Counted from the first letter of the stretch, positions 35,403 to 48,337 are shown. The stretch: 64,000 bases of DNA from Paraspadella gotoi (GCA_051294375.1 CM119270.1:11972416-12036415); one strand, 5' to 3'. Notes: generated by a model not told the origin, from the sequence alone. Program-made: numbers and translations.

Positions 35403-38400
35403 ATGGAATCCATTTTCGTCGCCATCTTTGACTTCTTTCCTCATTTTTCCTTCTCGAGTTTCGCCAGTCTAACCGACGAAGGCGTCGGTCAAAAGACCGA
35501 CCGACCAACGAATGGATCGATCGAGAAAGACGAATCTCACCGATCATCGCGCTTCGAACGGACCCGAGTACCGACAGACCGCCATAACGATTCTGGTACC
35601 GACATTTTATCGACTGGAGCCGCCATCTGCCAAGAATTCGCGATCGACGATCGACAATCCTCGATTCGCCGATCGAGGAAAACAAAAGATCATCGAAAAC
35701 ATAAGGACATTAAACATCACTTCCTCTCAGCGTTCGTTCTTTCCGTCGTTCGCTCGTTTGTTCTTTCTTTTGTTCATTCATTATTTAAATCTTTCTTTCG
35801 TATTTTCATCTCGAGAAAACTTCGATCCGTCGAAGATGCAAAACGAAAAGCTCTCCTCTCCAAAAAATTAGACAACATCCTTACTCTAACGAAATTGGAT
35901 TCGTTCTCGATGCCAACGTATTTCGATCCCATCCTTAATCCGACTCCAATCGATTTCAGGTCCAATCGAACTAAATTTGATTTCATCCCCCATCCCAATC
36001 GAATCGATTCCATTTTAATTCTTACTCCAATCTATTCCACCTCTAATTATTCGCCTTTTGATTCCATCGAGAAATATTGGGAAATCGAGTTCCATTTTCG
36101 ACGCCGCGATTCCGGCGTCCATTCGACGCCGAATGTGATTCGAAGGACGTGCGCGCCGTTTTCGCACGGACGAAGAAAGTCAGAGTCCGTAACGAAGGAG
36201 GAAACTCCTCGACGCGAAGGGAACTCTGCCAAATCCGCGCTAATCACTTTGGGAGAAACGAGTCGCTTCAATCAGAGAAAAGACTTTTTAACCTTGGATC
36301 GAAACTCGTCCGTGCCCGCTCTAATTTCCTCCAGAACGGCCTTACTGTGCGGACATCGTGCGTACAGTTTCATTCGATTTACCGAAGCTCCCTTGACGAT
36401 TGGCAGAGCCGAGTGGAGACATGGGAGATTCGAGAAATTCTCGCCGACGTCATGTCACGCGAATCGGTCAAACTTCGAGAGATCTAGGAGGCGCTGGAAA
36501 CTTGCACTCGACGTCCTCGCAATGCGCGACAATCCAAGGGCGAACGTGAACACGGACACGTCACAAATGATTAAAGAGGCAGAGGGCGTCATTGATTCGT
36601 CGTTGGCGTCGTCGTCGTCGTCGTCATCATCACCGTATTCGTATTCTTTTAAAAAATGTGATAATTCCACGTCTTCTCTCGGCTATTTTGACAATTCAAC
36701 GTTAATTCAAAGAGATGATTCATCAACGATACCTAAAAAAGGCGATGAATGTGTCTTCATTCATCCAAACTGCGAAAGTTCGAAGCTCAATCTTCGAGGA
36801 CGCGATAATTCGTCTTCCATCTATAAAATCTCCACCAAAAGTTCTCCTCTTCCCCGAATCGACACGCCCCTTAATCACGTTGCCTCCGAAATTAATCGTT
36901 TCGACGATGACGACGCCGGCGACGCCGTAACGACCGAAAGTGACGCCGGTTCTGTTCGGGTCGGCGCTCCGGTGATTCGGGTGACCGCCACGGCAAAACC
37001 AATCGGCGCCGCCGCCGCCGCCGACGCCGCCGACGCCGCGGGCTTCTCTCCTCGACTTCCCCTCCGGTTTATAAATAGCATCACGCCGTCTTCGCGCCGA
37101 GCGGCGTCGCAGTTGGCGGCGACGTTATCCCGCAACAGGGCCGATCGCAGGAGGCGGAGAGTCGGGATTCCCGCTGCAACCGCTCGACGATTGGGGGTGT
37201 TGCTAGTAATGATGGCGACGGCGGTGGCGGTGTCTGCGGCAGAGGAAGTCAGATTCGAAGACATTCACGCAGGTGATGGTGGTGATGGTGTTGGTGATGA
37301 TGCTGAAGCCGCTGATGTTGATTACGATGGTAATGATAATGATCATGAGTATGAAAACTGAAGATAACGAAAACATGATTAAATCTTTCTCGCTTTTTCC
37401 CCCCGACTTTTCTATCGGAAACAGGGTCGAGATTTGGCTTCACGGATATTACTCGCAGCTGCTTCTAATTTAGCTTATCGTAAAAGCATGAGATAATCCA
37501 AGTTGATGAGAATAATTTTTATTGCCTATGGCAAGATCTCTTCTACAATATTAGTTTTTCGCTTCAGACGATGAAGACAGATGACGGTATGACGGTAGTG
37601 ATGAGGATGATAATAATAGTGATGATTATGATATACCGACGATGACGATGACAATTGATGATGATGATCGATGTTGTCGATTTCCTCTCAAAATTGTTAC
37701 ATATGTTACCTACCATTATTCCTTTAAATTCTATTTTATAAGAATAAAATTAAAGATGATAGTATTTCGACTCTAATGGAATATTAAAAATTAGGACGTT
37801 CTCTCCCCTCTTTCTCGCAGTCGTCGGCCTCCACTGCTTCAAATGCTCTTCAATCAACGGCAGCGACCCCAACTGCGACGACCCTTACCAACCCGCCTTC
37901 TCTTACTACGTCTCCAACTGCGGCACGGGCAGGCACGGGCACGTCGGTCTCTTCCCCGCCCGCTACTGCGTCAAGATATCGGGCAAACGACGTAAAGTTG
38001 GGTTTGGGAGACTGGAATGTATGGGAAGGGGGCCGGGTCTGCTGTGAGCATGAGAATTAATTTAGTTGGATTATGTCTGGGTTTAGGGGATCTGTGAAAT
38101 CCATTACGGCGATAGAATATTTCCTTTTTATTCATTTTAGGAAATTAAATCAAATTTTTTTTTGTTTGTTTTCTATGCTTTTCGTTTATTTTATTGGTTA
38201 ACGAAATTAGTCTGCAAAAAAGTTATTCATGGCGTCATATCACCTAATATATTTAATTGTTTTTGTTTTCTTTGCTAAAACAATTCTTCTTTTTTTCTAA
38301 AAATGTCGTAAACCTTTAAATACAAAAAGAAAAGAGTCAGAAATTTCCCTTAAATCGTCGTCATCGTCATCTTTCAATTCCTCAAGTTTTTTTTTCCATC

Positions 38401-39299
38401 TTGCGGTGGTTTTTTCATCTCGAATGGTTTTTTGGTTCATCTGTTTTATTACTTTTTCTCGAAAGAGATTTATTGAGATTTTTCGCAATCTTGAAAAAAA
38501 AAATAATTATCGATTTTTCTTTCAAATTTTGAAATTTTTGTTTAATTGATTTAATTAATTTAATACATTTAATTAAATAAAATATAGAAAAAAAGAAAAC
38601 AGACGTGACGTATAAATTCAACGCTGTTGCGTTACCCTTAATCTTATCATTGAACTGACAAACCGAAGTGTTGTTTGTATAAAAAGGCGGAAAAATACGT
38701 GAGAAAGAAAAAGACAAAAACCGGTGAAGCGAAGACCTTGACTTTGGCGTCGTCGACGACGACGACCACGACGACGATGATCGCAATCAGCAGAACGGAA
38801 ACGACGACGACGACGAAGACGATAACTAACGAGGTCGCCGACCAACGTGACAATCTCGGAGATGAATAATGGAAAATGGTGGAGAGCGAAATTGCCCCGT
38901 TCCCTCCGCTTCGTAATTTAAATTCAGGAATGACCCAAATTATAATTTCTCTCAGACCGTTTTTTTTTTTAAATTCTATAACCTCCCTAGATCAGTAATT
39001 GAATTTTGCGCTTCCTTAAATAAAAGAAGAAAGAGATAAAAAGATTTTAAAAAAGTGAATGATACATTTTAAACGAAAGGCGAGTAATTTTTACTGTCAG
39101 TTTCCATGAGTACAAGCGAAGAAAAGAGCAAAAAACGGCTGGAAATTGGGTTCACCCGCGGGGATATTAAAAACCGCAATTTTGCTAATTAAAAGAAGAA
39201 TCTAATCGGGGATAAAGGATGATGATGACGATGAAGACGACGATGTCGACGAAATTGACTGATGATGAAAACGTCAATGAAGAAGTCCATGAGGATCAA

Positions 39300-39372
<73 letters not shown>

Positions 39373-39915
39373 TTGATGATGATGATGATGATGATGAAGA
39401 TGATGTTTCGAGAACCCCCCCAACTTCCAGTCCGCGACGGCATCCGCGTCACCATCCGAGACTGCATCATCAAGAAGTTCGTCAACATGTGCGGCCTCAT
39501 CGACTTTGGGACGGAGAGGCTCGAGGGCTGCGTCATGTCCTGCAGGTGACGAAGTGGACGAGTGAGAATCGCGGATACGATTTAGTGATGAGAAGGAAAG
39601 AGACTTAACAACGGGACTGTTAACAAATATTAAACATTTAATAAAAAGCAGAAAAGAGAGAGATAGAAAACAAAAATGAAAAGAGAGGAAGAGAAAAAAA
39701 TTAAATCAGGAAAAAAGCATATTTATTTACATTTTTCACAAAAGTTTCTGAGAGCCCTTAAACGTTTTAAGCTTTCAAATAATATTGGTAACCTTGTTTT
39801 CAGGTACAATGGATGCAACGCAGCAAATCCCACCTCATCGCCTCAACACCTACTGGTCCTCACCCTACTCCTCTTCCTCCTCCTCCTCCTCTTTTCGACT
39901 TTTCGATCTTCGTAG
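35403..39915 (+). CDS. Ly6/uPAR three-finger (quiver/sleepless-family-like) GPI-anchored protein. Exons (35403?)-37272, 37821-37991, 39431-39545, 39804-39915
   Basis: Spliced: LGVLLVMMATAVAVSAAEEVRFEDIHA|VVGLHCFKCSSINGSDPNCDDPY...NCGTGRHGHVGLFPARYCVKISGKR|LRDGIRVTIRDC...MCG...GCVMSCR|YNGCNAA, then a hydrophobic tail LLVLTLLLFLLLLLF. It has ten Cys ending in CN. The start codon is uncertain. Confidence 0.88.
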
Positions 39916-40249
39916 ACTTTATCTTCCTCCTCTTCCTCTTCCTTATACTTTTTTCTAAATTTTTCTTGCTAATTCCTGAATTAGATGAATTTCTAAACTC
40001 ATTGAAAACTAACAGTATAATTGTATCTTTTTTTTTCTACTATGAAAATTTGCACTGTAATCTTTTTTTCGCACGTTTTTTCGAGTTTTTTGCTAAAAAA
40101 AGAAAATTGCTCCAGTGCATGGATCGATAAAATTAAATCGCTTTGCATATTGAACTAAAGAATTGTTAACCGCATTACAACTCGACCGATAGATAAACAG
40201 ATAGATTGAAGCTGGTTATGGTGGCCTAAAATCCACTAACCGTTCTTCA

Positions 40250-40305
40250 GCGGCCATTGGTGCGGAGGCAAGTCATTCGCCTCCCAACCCAAAGGTCCGG
40301 GGTCG
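40250..40305 (+). other. tRNA-like (SINE-head-like) segment upstream of a twister copy
   Basis: A-box-like TGGTGCGGAGG and ATTCGCCTCCCA resemble the tRNA-Gly anticodon arm. The B-box is degenerate (GTCCGGGGTCGCC), so this is not a complete tRNA. Confidence 0.35.
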
Positions 40306-40309
40306 CCTT

Positions 40310-40383
40310 GCAGTTAAGAGGGACTGGGCGCTTAACCCGCCTGTAACACGGTGTTACAGCCTGATCCGAAGCTCAGGGACTGC
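40310..40383 (+). ncRNA. Twister ribozyme candidate, type-P5 with a P3 hairpin (second subfamily); predicted cleavage U40333/A40334
   Basis: GCAGUU AAGA GG GA CU G GGCGCU UAA CC C GC CUGUAACA-CGG-UGUUACAG CCUGA UCCGAAGC UCAGG GACUGC. P5, P2, T2, P3 and P4 all pair; there is one T1 mismatch (C-U). Confidence 0.75.
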
Positions 40384-41501
40384 TTATATTGAACGGTTCT
40401 GTCACTAACACATAACAATAATTACTGTCTCTTCATTGTGAAGGAGTTCTTACTTCACTCACGCGAATTCGCGCAATCAAAACGTCGCCCGATCCGTGTG
40501 GTTCGACGTGAGATCTTCGTGGATAAAAAATCTGAATGTCGAGACAGATTTTGAAGGAAAAGACGAGAGATATATTCAGACATTTATTTTCACATAAAGG
40601 AGACCCGTAAAACTGTTATAAGGACGGACAACGTGCTTCTTAGTTAGCAAATCTAATAAGTAAAGAAATGTCTCTATTTTCTCTCTCTCATCGACGACTG
40701 CCAAACAAAAGACCAGTAAAAATGATCAACAGTCAGATAAAAGACTGGTTAAATACAATCAGAGCAAAAAACGGTTGAAAGAGAGGGAAAATTGAATTTC
40801 AGCGATCTTAAGAAACCTGGAGAATATTAATAATATATAAAATACTATAACTTATAACTTATAACTAATAGTATAAGTAGTTACGTAATAACGGTTCATT
40901 CTAATTTTTTGGGGGAGATTTTTTATAAAAGATTCGAATTTGATATCTACAGTTTTATAAGTGAAATAAGTAGGTCTTTTTGAATCTCCAATCAAAAGGG
41001 GAAAAAATACAAGGAATGAACGAACAAATGTTGGCACAATTTCCGTCCCAACAAAAGACCAAATTCAATTCTGAAAGGGAAGCGACAAAGTGAGACCACT
41101 TTTAGGAAGAATAAAAAACATCAGGGATAGAAAGTCAAATGATGCGTCGATGACATATCGTAGTATTACAACTTGTAGTAATTTTGGTAACATTAACCAA
41201 AAAAAAAATATTCCTCAATTTTCTTAGCTCAAAGCGAGAAAGATAGACTAAGTACATAATACTAAGAGAGAAAGACATAGCGTTTATATAATACAATAAT
41301 AAAGAACAAAGATGCGTCAACGCGTTTTCGTAGAAAACGCGTAAAAGAATATTTTTCGAAAACGAAGAACTTTTTTTTTACTCTGACGATAAAATCTTTT
41401 GTGATGCAAACAACGAAATATCGAATCCGTTCGCTCGATTTCGATGAGAAAATTCGTATTCGAATCGCGGAATATTCTCATTACTTGGATGTCGTAATGA
41501 A

Positions 41502-41631
<130 letters not shown>

Positions 41632-42621
41632 GTCCCATCTTCTTCATCTTTCTCTCCCTCACCCCCAACTCCCGACTCTTTTTCGTCTTTTCTTTTAAAT
41701 TTAAAAAAAAATATTCTTTTCAATTTTTTAACCCCAAAACAAAAACAGTTGTTGGTATCGAGAAGCATAAAAACAATTTGAATTTCCTTTCATCAGCGGC
41801 GACAGCAAGAGGCGAGAAACGAGATCTTATTAGTTTCCATCTCAAGAAGAAGACGGATGGTCCTTAAGTCGGATGGGTTAAAGATAAATAGGAACTTGTT
41901 AGCTCAACTGCGCAACCGGTGTTGGTCCGGTGTGACTTGTTTACAAACTTGTGTGATTTGCGTAACTGAGACGTCGCTTAATTTTTTTTTTTAAGCTCTT
42001 CACTTTTCACAACAAACGAAAGTTAAAAAAAATCGAATTAAGGATTCTTCCCGCGACAGCAGCTGTTGTTTTGCCGCAGTTTTTTTGAGTTAGTGGGTTT
42101 TTTTTTTTTACTTGACGCGTCAGTCTCTAACAGAACGACTCTTATCCTCGCCACGTTTAACGAGAAACTGAGATATACATTGTATACAACAATACTTTAC
42201 CAGTTGCAAGTAAGTAGGATTGCTCAGCTCAGCATGTATGTATGATTCTTAGTCCAGCAAATTACGAATGAGAGAGAGAGAGGGAGAGAGCAGATGCAGA
42301 AAATTGAACCCATATTTCGATTTAGCTCTCTCTCATATTATCTTTTNNNNNNNNNNNNNNNNNNNNNNNNNNNNNNNNNNNNNNNNNNNNNNNNNNNNNN
42401 NNNNNNNNNNNNNNNNNNNNNNNNNNNNNNNNNNNNNNNNNNNNNNGGCGAACAATTTCGCCCTTCTTATGCCCCAATAGCCTTTTTTAAGGCTGTTTCA
42501 AAAAAGATTGTCCAGGGTTTTTGCAGACTTTTTGAAAGCCANNNNNNNNNNATTTGTTAAAGATCGTCGTACGGATTTTCCTCGCTCTTCTCTTCTTCCC
42601 TCGCCGACCTCTGTTTTCTCC

Positions 42622-43389
42622 ATGTCGGTTGAGGCTTCTCATTCGTCCGCGGCCGTGTCGGTCCGGCTGCCCGACTTCTGGATCAATGATGCCGCGCTTT
42701 GGTTCGTCCGAGCTGACGCCCAGTTCGCCACTAAAGCTGTCACCGCCTCTCGGACAAAATACTTCCACGCGGTCGCGGCCTTGGGTGAAGACGTCTCCAA
42801 GAAAATTCGTGATTTTTTCATTGACGAACCTGAGAAGCTTGAAGATCCTTACGGCGCTCTCAAGCGGCGCCTACTCGCCGCTTTCTCCCTGGATGGGCCC
42901 GAGCGCGCCGCCAAGATCCTCTCAAGGACCAGTCTCGGCGGGAAACGCCCGGTTGACTTCGTTACGGAACTGCGCGCTCTGGCGGAAGGCCTCTCGGTCG
43001 ATGATGTTCTCCGAGCCATCACTCTTAACGCCCTTCCGCCTCAGGCCGCCGTCGTGGTCACTCAAGNNNNNNNNNNTCCTATGGAACTGGCCAAGGCATC
43101 AGAAAAGTACTTTGATAACGACGGCAACCCCTTCGTTTCCACTGCGGTTGCCCCGCATGGTGCTGGCATGATTCCACCAACTCCTAGTGTCATGGGTGGC
43201 CATGGTGATCAAGTTGGATGCTGCTGCTCTGCGGCGGCGTCATCAGCCTCGCCATCCTTCTGCTGGTTCCATCAGAGATTTGGAGACAAAGCCGTTAACT
43301 GCGCACCTCCATGCACTTTCCGCCGCTCTAACGTCAAGACGCCAGGTGGCAAGAAGAAACGGGGAAATGGCGGCGCCGGTCGCCAGTGA
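42622..43389 (+). CDS. gag: Gag with CHCC motif
   Basis: MSVEASHSSAAVSVRLPDFW...WF...AQF...; CWFHQRFGDKAVNCAPPC is C-X2-H-X9-C-X3-C, typical of the CsRn1 clade. Confidence 0.9.
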   Translation: MSVEASHSSAAVSVRLPDFWINDAALWFVRADAQFATKAVTASRTKYFHAVAALGEDVSKKIRDFFIDEPEKLEDPYGALKRRLLAAFSLDGPERAAKILSRTSLGGKRPVDFVTELRALAEGLSVDDVLRAITLNALPPQAAVVVTQXXXXPMELAKASEKYFDNDGNPFVSTAVAPHGAGMIPPTPSVMGGHGDQVGCCCSAAASSASPSFCWFHQRFGDKAVNCAPPCTFRRSNVKTPGGKKKRGNGGAGRQ

Positions 43390-46300
43390 GCTTGGCGGCC
43401 GGCGTCTCTCCATTGCTCCAAGTTCGGGATCTCGATTCGGGTCTCGAGTTCCTTGTTGACTCTGGCGCCGAGGTCAGTCTCCTCCCGGCATCAACTTGGG
43501 ACAAGCGCAACCGAAGCAAGTCAACGCCGCTCAGCGCCGCCAATGGCTCTTCAATCATGAGCTATGGCACAAGGACGATGACTCTCCGTTTTTCATCAAA
43601 GATTCTGGTCGGCCGTTTCATCATCGCAGATGTGACACGGCCAATTCTTGGCGCTGATTTCCTGCGTCGCCACCACCTTGTCGTAGACATTGCTGGCCGC
43701 AAGCTGTTGGACGCCGACTCATCTGATTGGGTCCGTTGCTCCTCCGTCGCCATTGATGGAGTACGTGGCATCAAGCTGGCGGTCAACAACATCTTCGATG
43801 CTCTCCTCGAAGATCGTCCGGAGCTGACAACTCCAAACTTTTCCTGCAAACAACCAAGGCATGGAGTTTTTCATCACATTCCTACTGAAGGCCATCCTGT
43901 CTTTGCAAGAGCTCGTCGCCTGTCGCCCGAGAAGCTGGCGGCAGTCAAAGGGGAGTTCGAGGAGCTTCAACGCCTTGGCATTGTGCGACCGTCCTCCAGC
44001 CCATGGGCGTCGCCGCTCCATGTTGTCGCGAAACCTGATGGTGGCTTTCGCGCTTGCGGTGACTACCGCCGCCTCAATGCCCTAACAAAGGATGATCGCT
44101 ATCCAGTAAAGCATCTCACGACTTCTCCGCCGACCTCGCGGGGATGTCGGTCTTCAGCAAGATCGACCTCGTCAAGGGCTATCATCAGGTGCCTGTCGCT
44201 GATGAGGATGTTCCAAAGACGGCCATCATCACTCCGTTTGGGTCATTTGAATATCTGAGGATGCCTTTTGGTCTCAAAAACGCTGCCCAGGCTTTCCAAA
44301 GGCTAATGGACTCAGTTTGCCGTGGCCTTCCAAGGGTGTTTGTCTACCTTGATGACATCCTTGTCGCCTCCAAGGATCAGCAGCAGCACCTGGAAGATCT
44401 TGCAAGACTCTTTGACCGCCTGGAGGAACATGGACTCATTCTGAAACGAGAGAAGTGCGTTCTTGGCGCCGCTTCTCTTGACTTTCTTGGCCACAAGGTT
44501 GACTCGTCTGGCGTCACTCCGCTGCCCGACAAGGTGGCGGTCATCCGTGCCTTCCCCAAGCCATTGACGATCAAGGAACTCCAACGTTTCCTGGGCATGG
44601 TCAATTTCTTCCGGCGTTTCTTGCCGCATGCTGCATTGACCATGGCGCCACTTTTTGGTGCCCTCAAGGGAAAACCTCAGCCAAAAATTGTTGAATGGAC
44701 GTCAGAACGCATCAAGGCATTTGAAGAAACCAAAGAAGCCCTCGCATCTGCTTCTATGCTTGTCCATCCCGTTTCTGGCGCCGTGACGGCGCTGACCGTT
44801 GACGCTTCTGATGTCGCGATCGGAGGAGTTTTGGAACAACTTGTCCATGGATCCTGGCGGCCACTTGCCTTTTTCTCGAAGCCTCTACGGGACAATGAGA
44901 AGAAGTACTCTCCATTTGACCGGGAGTTGCTGGCAGCTCACCTTGCCATCCGCCACTTCCGATACTTCCTGGAGGGGCGCCCCTTCACGCTCTTTACGGA
45001 CCACGTCAGTCTTGTTCCTTCTCTGCACAAGAAGACGGATTCCCAAACAGCCAGGCAGGCCAACCAGCTGGCTGCTATCTCTGAATTCACCACGGATGTT
45101 CGCCATGTCTCTGGGAAAAAGAACATTGTTGCCGATACCCTCTCCAGGGTGGTCATCCCTGACGCCGTTGATGCTGTCAGCGGCGACGGCAATCTCAACT
45201 TTGCCAACCTCGCTCAAGACCAAGAAGAGGATCAAGACATCCGCCGTTTGCGGGCATCATCGACGACTTCTCTCCGACTTCAGATGGCCATTCTTGATGG
45301 CACCCAAGTCATTGTGGACATCTCCACCGGCGTTGCACGGCCACTGGTTCCACGAAACTGGCGCCGCATCGTCTTTGATGCGATCCACAGTCTTTCTCAT
45401 CCGGGCGTCAAAGCAACCAAAGCACTTGTTTTGAAACATTTTGTCTGGCCCGGTGCGGCCAAGGACGCCGCCAGCTGGGCACGTTCCTGCATCACCTGCC
45501 AACGGGCAAAGGTGCGGACTCATGCCTCGGCACCTCTGGAGGTTTTCAAGCCGCCACAAAGGAGATTTCAACATGTCCATGTCGACCTCGTTGGGCCACT
45601 TCCAGCCTCAAGAGGTTACACCCACCTCCTCACCGTTGTCGACCGCTTCAGTCGGTGGCCAGAGGCAGTCCCGATCTCAGACATCTCAGCGCGGTGCGCT
45701 GCGCGCTTTTGTCGTTCTGGTTGGGTTGCCCGCTTTGGCGCCCCCCTGGAGATTACTTCTGATCGTGGAAAGCAATTCATCTCAGATCTCTGGCGTCAAT
45801 TGGCGTCAACCCTTGGCGCCAATCTTCATCATACCACCGCTTACCATCCTCAAGCCAAGGAATGGTGGAACGGTTCCATCGTGACCTCAAGGGCGTCTCT
45901 ACGCGCAAAATTGGTCGGCGCTCACTGGGTCGACCAACTCCCCGGCATCCTCCTAGGTCTTGCTCAGTGTTCCGTCAAGACCTGGGTGCCTCCATCGCGG
46001 AACTAGTCTACGGCGAAGAGATCGCGATGCCGGCGGAGTTCCAACCGGAACCTGGCGCCGCCGCCAGAGATCAACGACCTCCTTCGCGCTCTTCGGCGGC
46101 GAGACAGCGGCGCTTCGACCTATCGAAGGCACGCGCCATTCGACACATCGCGATGCCATTCCTGAAGGTCTTCACGAGGCGCGGTTTGTCCTTGTGCGCC
46201 AGGACGCTCACCGGGGACGCTGCAAACCAGTCTACAACGGTCCTTTCGTGTTCTCAGCCGTAATGCCAAGTATTTCCGTCTGGACTTTGGCGGGCGACCC

Positions 46301-46548
46301 GACGAGGTTTCCATTGACAGCAGCTCAAGCCCTTCGTCGAGGACACAACTCCGACGTTGCCGGCTCAGCCGCCGCCCCGAGGCCGGCCCCGCGCAGTGCC
46401 TGCAGTTCCAGCTTCGCCTCCTCCAGTGCCATCGGCGATTCCATTGAGTTCTGCAGCTCCAATGCCTTTGGCGACACGGCACCAACCAGCACGGAACGCC
46501 CCTCGGCCTCTTCGATATAGGGACGAAGAACTCTATCTCCTACCGTGA
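43362..46548 (+). pseudogene. pol: Pol (protease, RT, RNase H, integrase) with several frameshifts, real or assembly errors
   Basis: FLVDSGAEVS protease; MPFGLKNA and YLDD in RT; VDAS...RELLA in RNase H; HSLSH...CITC and HVDLVG...SDRG in integrase. Frame breaks occur near 44118 and 45860-46350. Confidence 0.92.
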
Positions 46549-46567
46549 CGTCGTTTGGGGGGGCGCA

Positions 46568-46913
46568 TGAAGATGCCGATTACAAACTAATTTTCCTTCG
46601 TCGCTCCTGTATCATTGCCTTTGTTATTATCATAGTCTCTATCTTTAGTTTTCCTCTCGCGATGCGAGATGCCATTTGTTTTTGGTAGATATTGCTTCAG
46701 CCCATCGCCGGTTTGGGTCTGGGCATGTATTTTCTGTCCAGATCATGCCTTTTCTGTAATGTTTTTGCGGCATGCCTTCTGCTCGGGCATGCCTTTTTCA
46801 TGATATAAAAACGATGTTTTTTTGAGAGAATAGACATTCGAGTTGTGAAGAAGATACTACGCGTTTTTCTCTCAGATAGAAAATTATTCAGCTCTTCGAG
46901 ATAGGCCGCCTCA
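46568..46913 (+). repeat. 3' LTR (end inferred)
   Basis: Starts TGAAG after the PPT; TATAAAA at ~46804; ends CCTCA where flank sequence also seen at 42308 resumes. Confidence 0.6.
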
Positions 46914-47326
46914 ACCCATATTTCGGATCGATTTAGCTCTCTCTCATATTATCTTTTATAACAACAGCCATTCTCGATCCATCCCTCGAAATATAGAGGC
47001 ACATTTTGACAGATTTTCTTTATCGTTTCTTTTCACATTTTATTTTTTAACGTGAGATTTATTTCTGGAGCACCACACGTAAAAAAGACAAAAAAAAAGA
47101 AGGAATTTATTATTATTATTATTACAACTAAGTATTTAACAATATGATCGTTTTTGTCGTAAAGATAAAATGATAGGAATCTCTCATTAAGTTTTAACGC
47201 TTCTCCTCATTAACATTGTTATTCATATATTTTCCGGGGATAGTAAAATTCTAATCTCATAACATTTTATCTCCCAACTAGCTCACGCCTTCTCGCATAT
47301 AACCCCCGTATCTCGTCATACTACCC

Positions 47327-48337
47327 TCACATCTTCCCGCCGTACTCCTTAGTTATGAACTCGGCCACATACTTGACCCCCTCCCACGTCTCCTCTCCGG
47401 ACGGAATGATGCCGGATGCCGGAAGAAGGAAGCCGGGATTCATGGTCGCGGGGCGACATTCTATGGTGAAGGCGTATTTGACTCCCGCCTTGGATTTGAC
47501 CCAATCGAAGGCTCCTCCTAAAGATAAAAGTTAGTTTTCTTTCACTTCTTGTTTTCTATTATTTAAATTTTTATGTTAGGACTCGATTGAATTTGGTTAA
47601 ATTTGGTTACTTTTTAAGCCAGACTTATAATAATAAAGAATAATGAAAAAACATTTAAGCGGAATTATTTTCCGGCGATGTCCTTTGACCGAGTGAATTT
47701 CATTTCTTTTTTGTTTGTTTACTCTGTTAACTTATTTCCATTTTTTTTCAAGAAATAGCAATTAGTCAACAGAGCCAAGCTGTTACTTGGAATTTTACCT
47801 CAGCCGCTAAGAGATCTTCTAGATCAGGGAAAATAGCTACTTTTAAATATGACCATTTAAATATTCACTATCAAACACATGCGTCTCCCGAATTGCACCA
47901 CGTCGAAGATCCATCTTTGCAAATATTTTTTTCTTCGTCGAAACTTTTTTGATGAAATGTCATGAGCTTGTCATGAGCTTGTCATGAGCTTGTCATGAGC
48001 TTTTTAATTAATACCAATGCGAATGACTAAAACTTAAAACAATTCTTTATAATGAATTTGATTTGGTTAAACATTGAACAGTGAACACTGTGCACGAGAA
48101 ATCATGTAACAAAATCATAAAAAAATTCTTGTTGTCAATGAATTTCAATTCAATTCCCAAACTACAACATCGATAGAATAGATTACGGATGCGTTCACGT
48201 GCGATTTACGTGTAATTTACGTGTGAGTGGGCGGTGAACGACAAAGGAAAATGCTATTTTTGGCTAAAGCGCTCAAAGGTTGTGCGAAAGTGAGAGAGAA
48301 TGAGATGGAGAGAGAAAGAGAGAGAAAGAGAAGAGAG

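Larger units (their letters stand above)
42447..46913 (+). mobile_element. Ty3/gypsy LTR retrotransposon, CsRn1-like; the 5' LTR is missing at the N-gap
   Basis: gag plus PR-RT-RH-IN order; polypurine tract GGGGGGGCGCA before a TG-initiated LTR at 46568. Confidence 0.95.

Noticed and set aside
40250-40305. Functional tRNA gene
   Set aside because: No complete cloverleaf; the T-arm/B-box and acceptor stem are missing.
41320-41342. Perfect hairpin ACGCGTTTTC-GTA-GAAAACGCGT, a possible Helitron end
   Set aside because: No downstream CTRR terminus and no second copy in the window.
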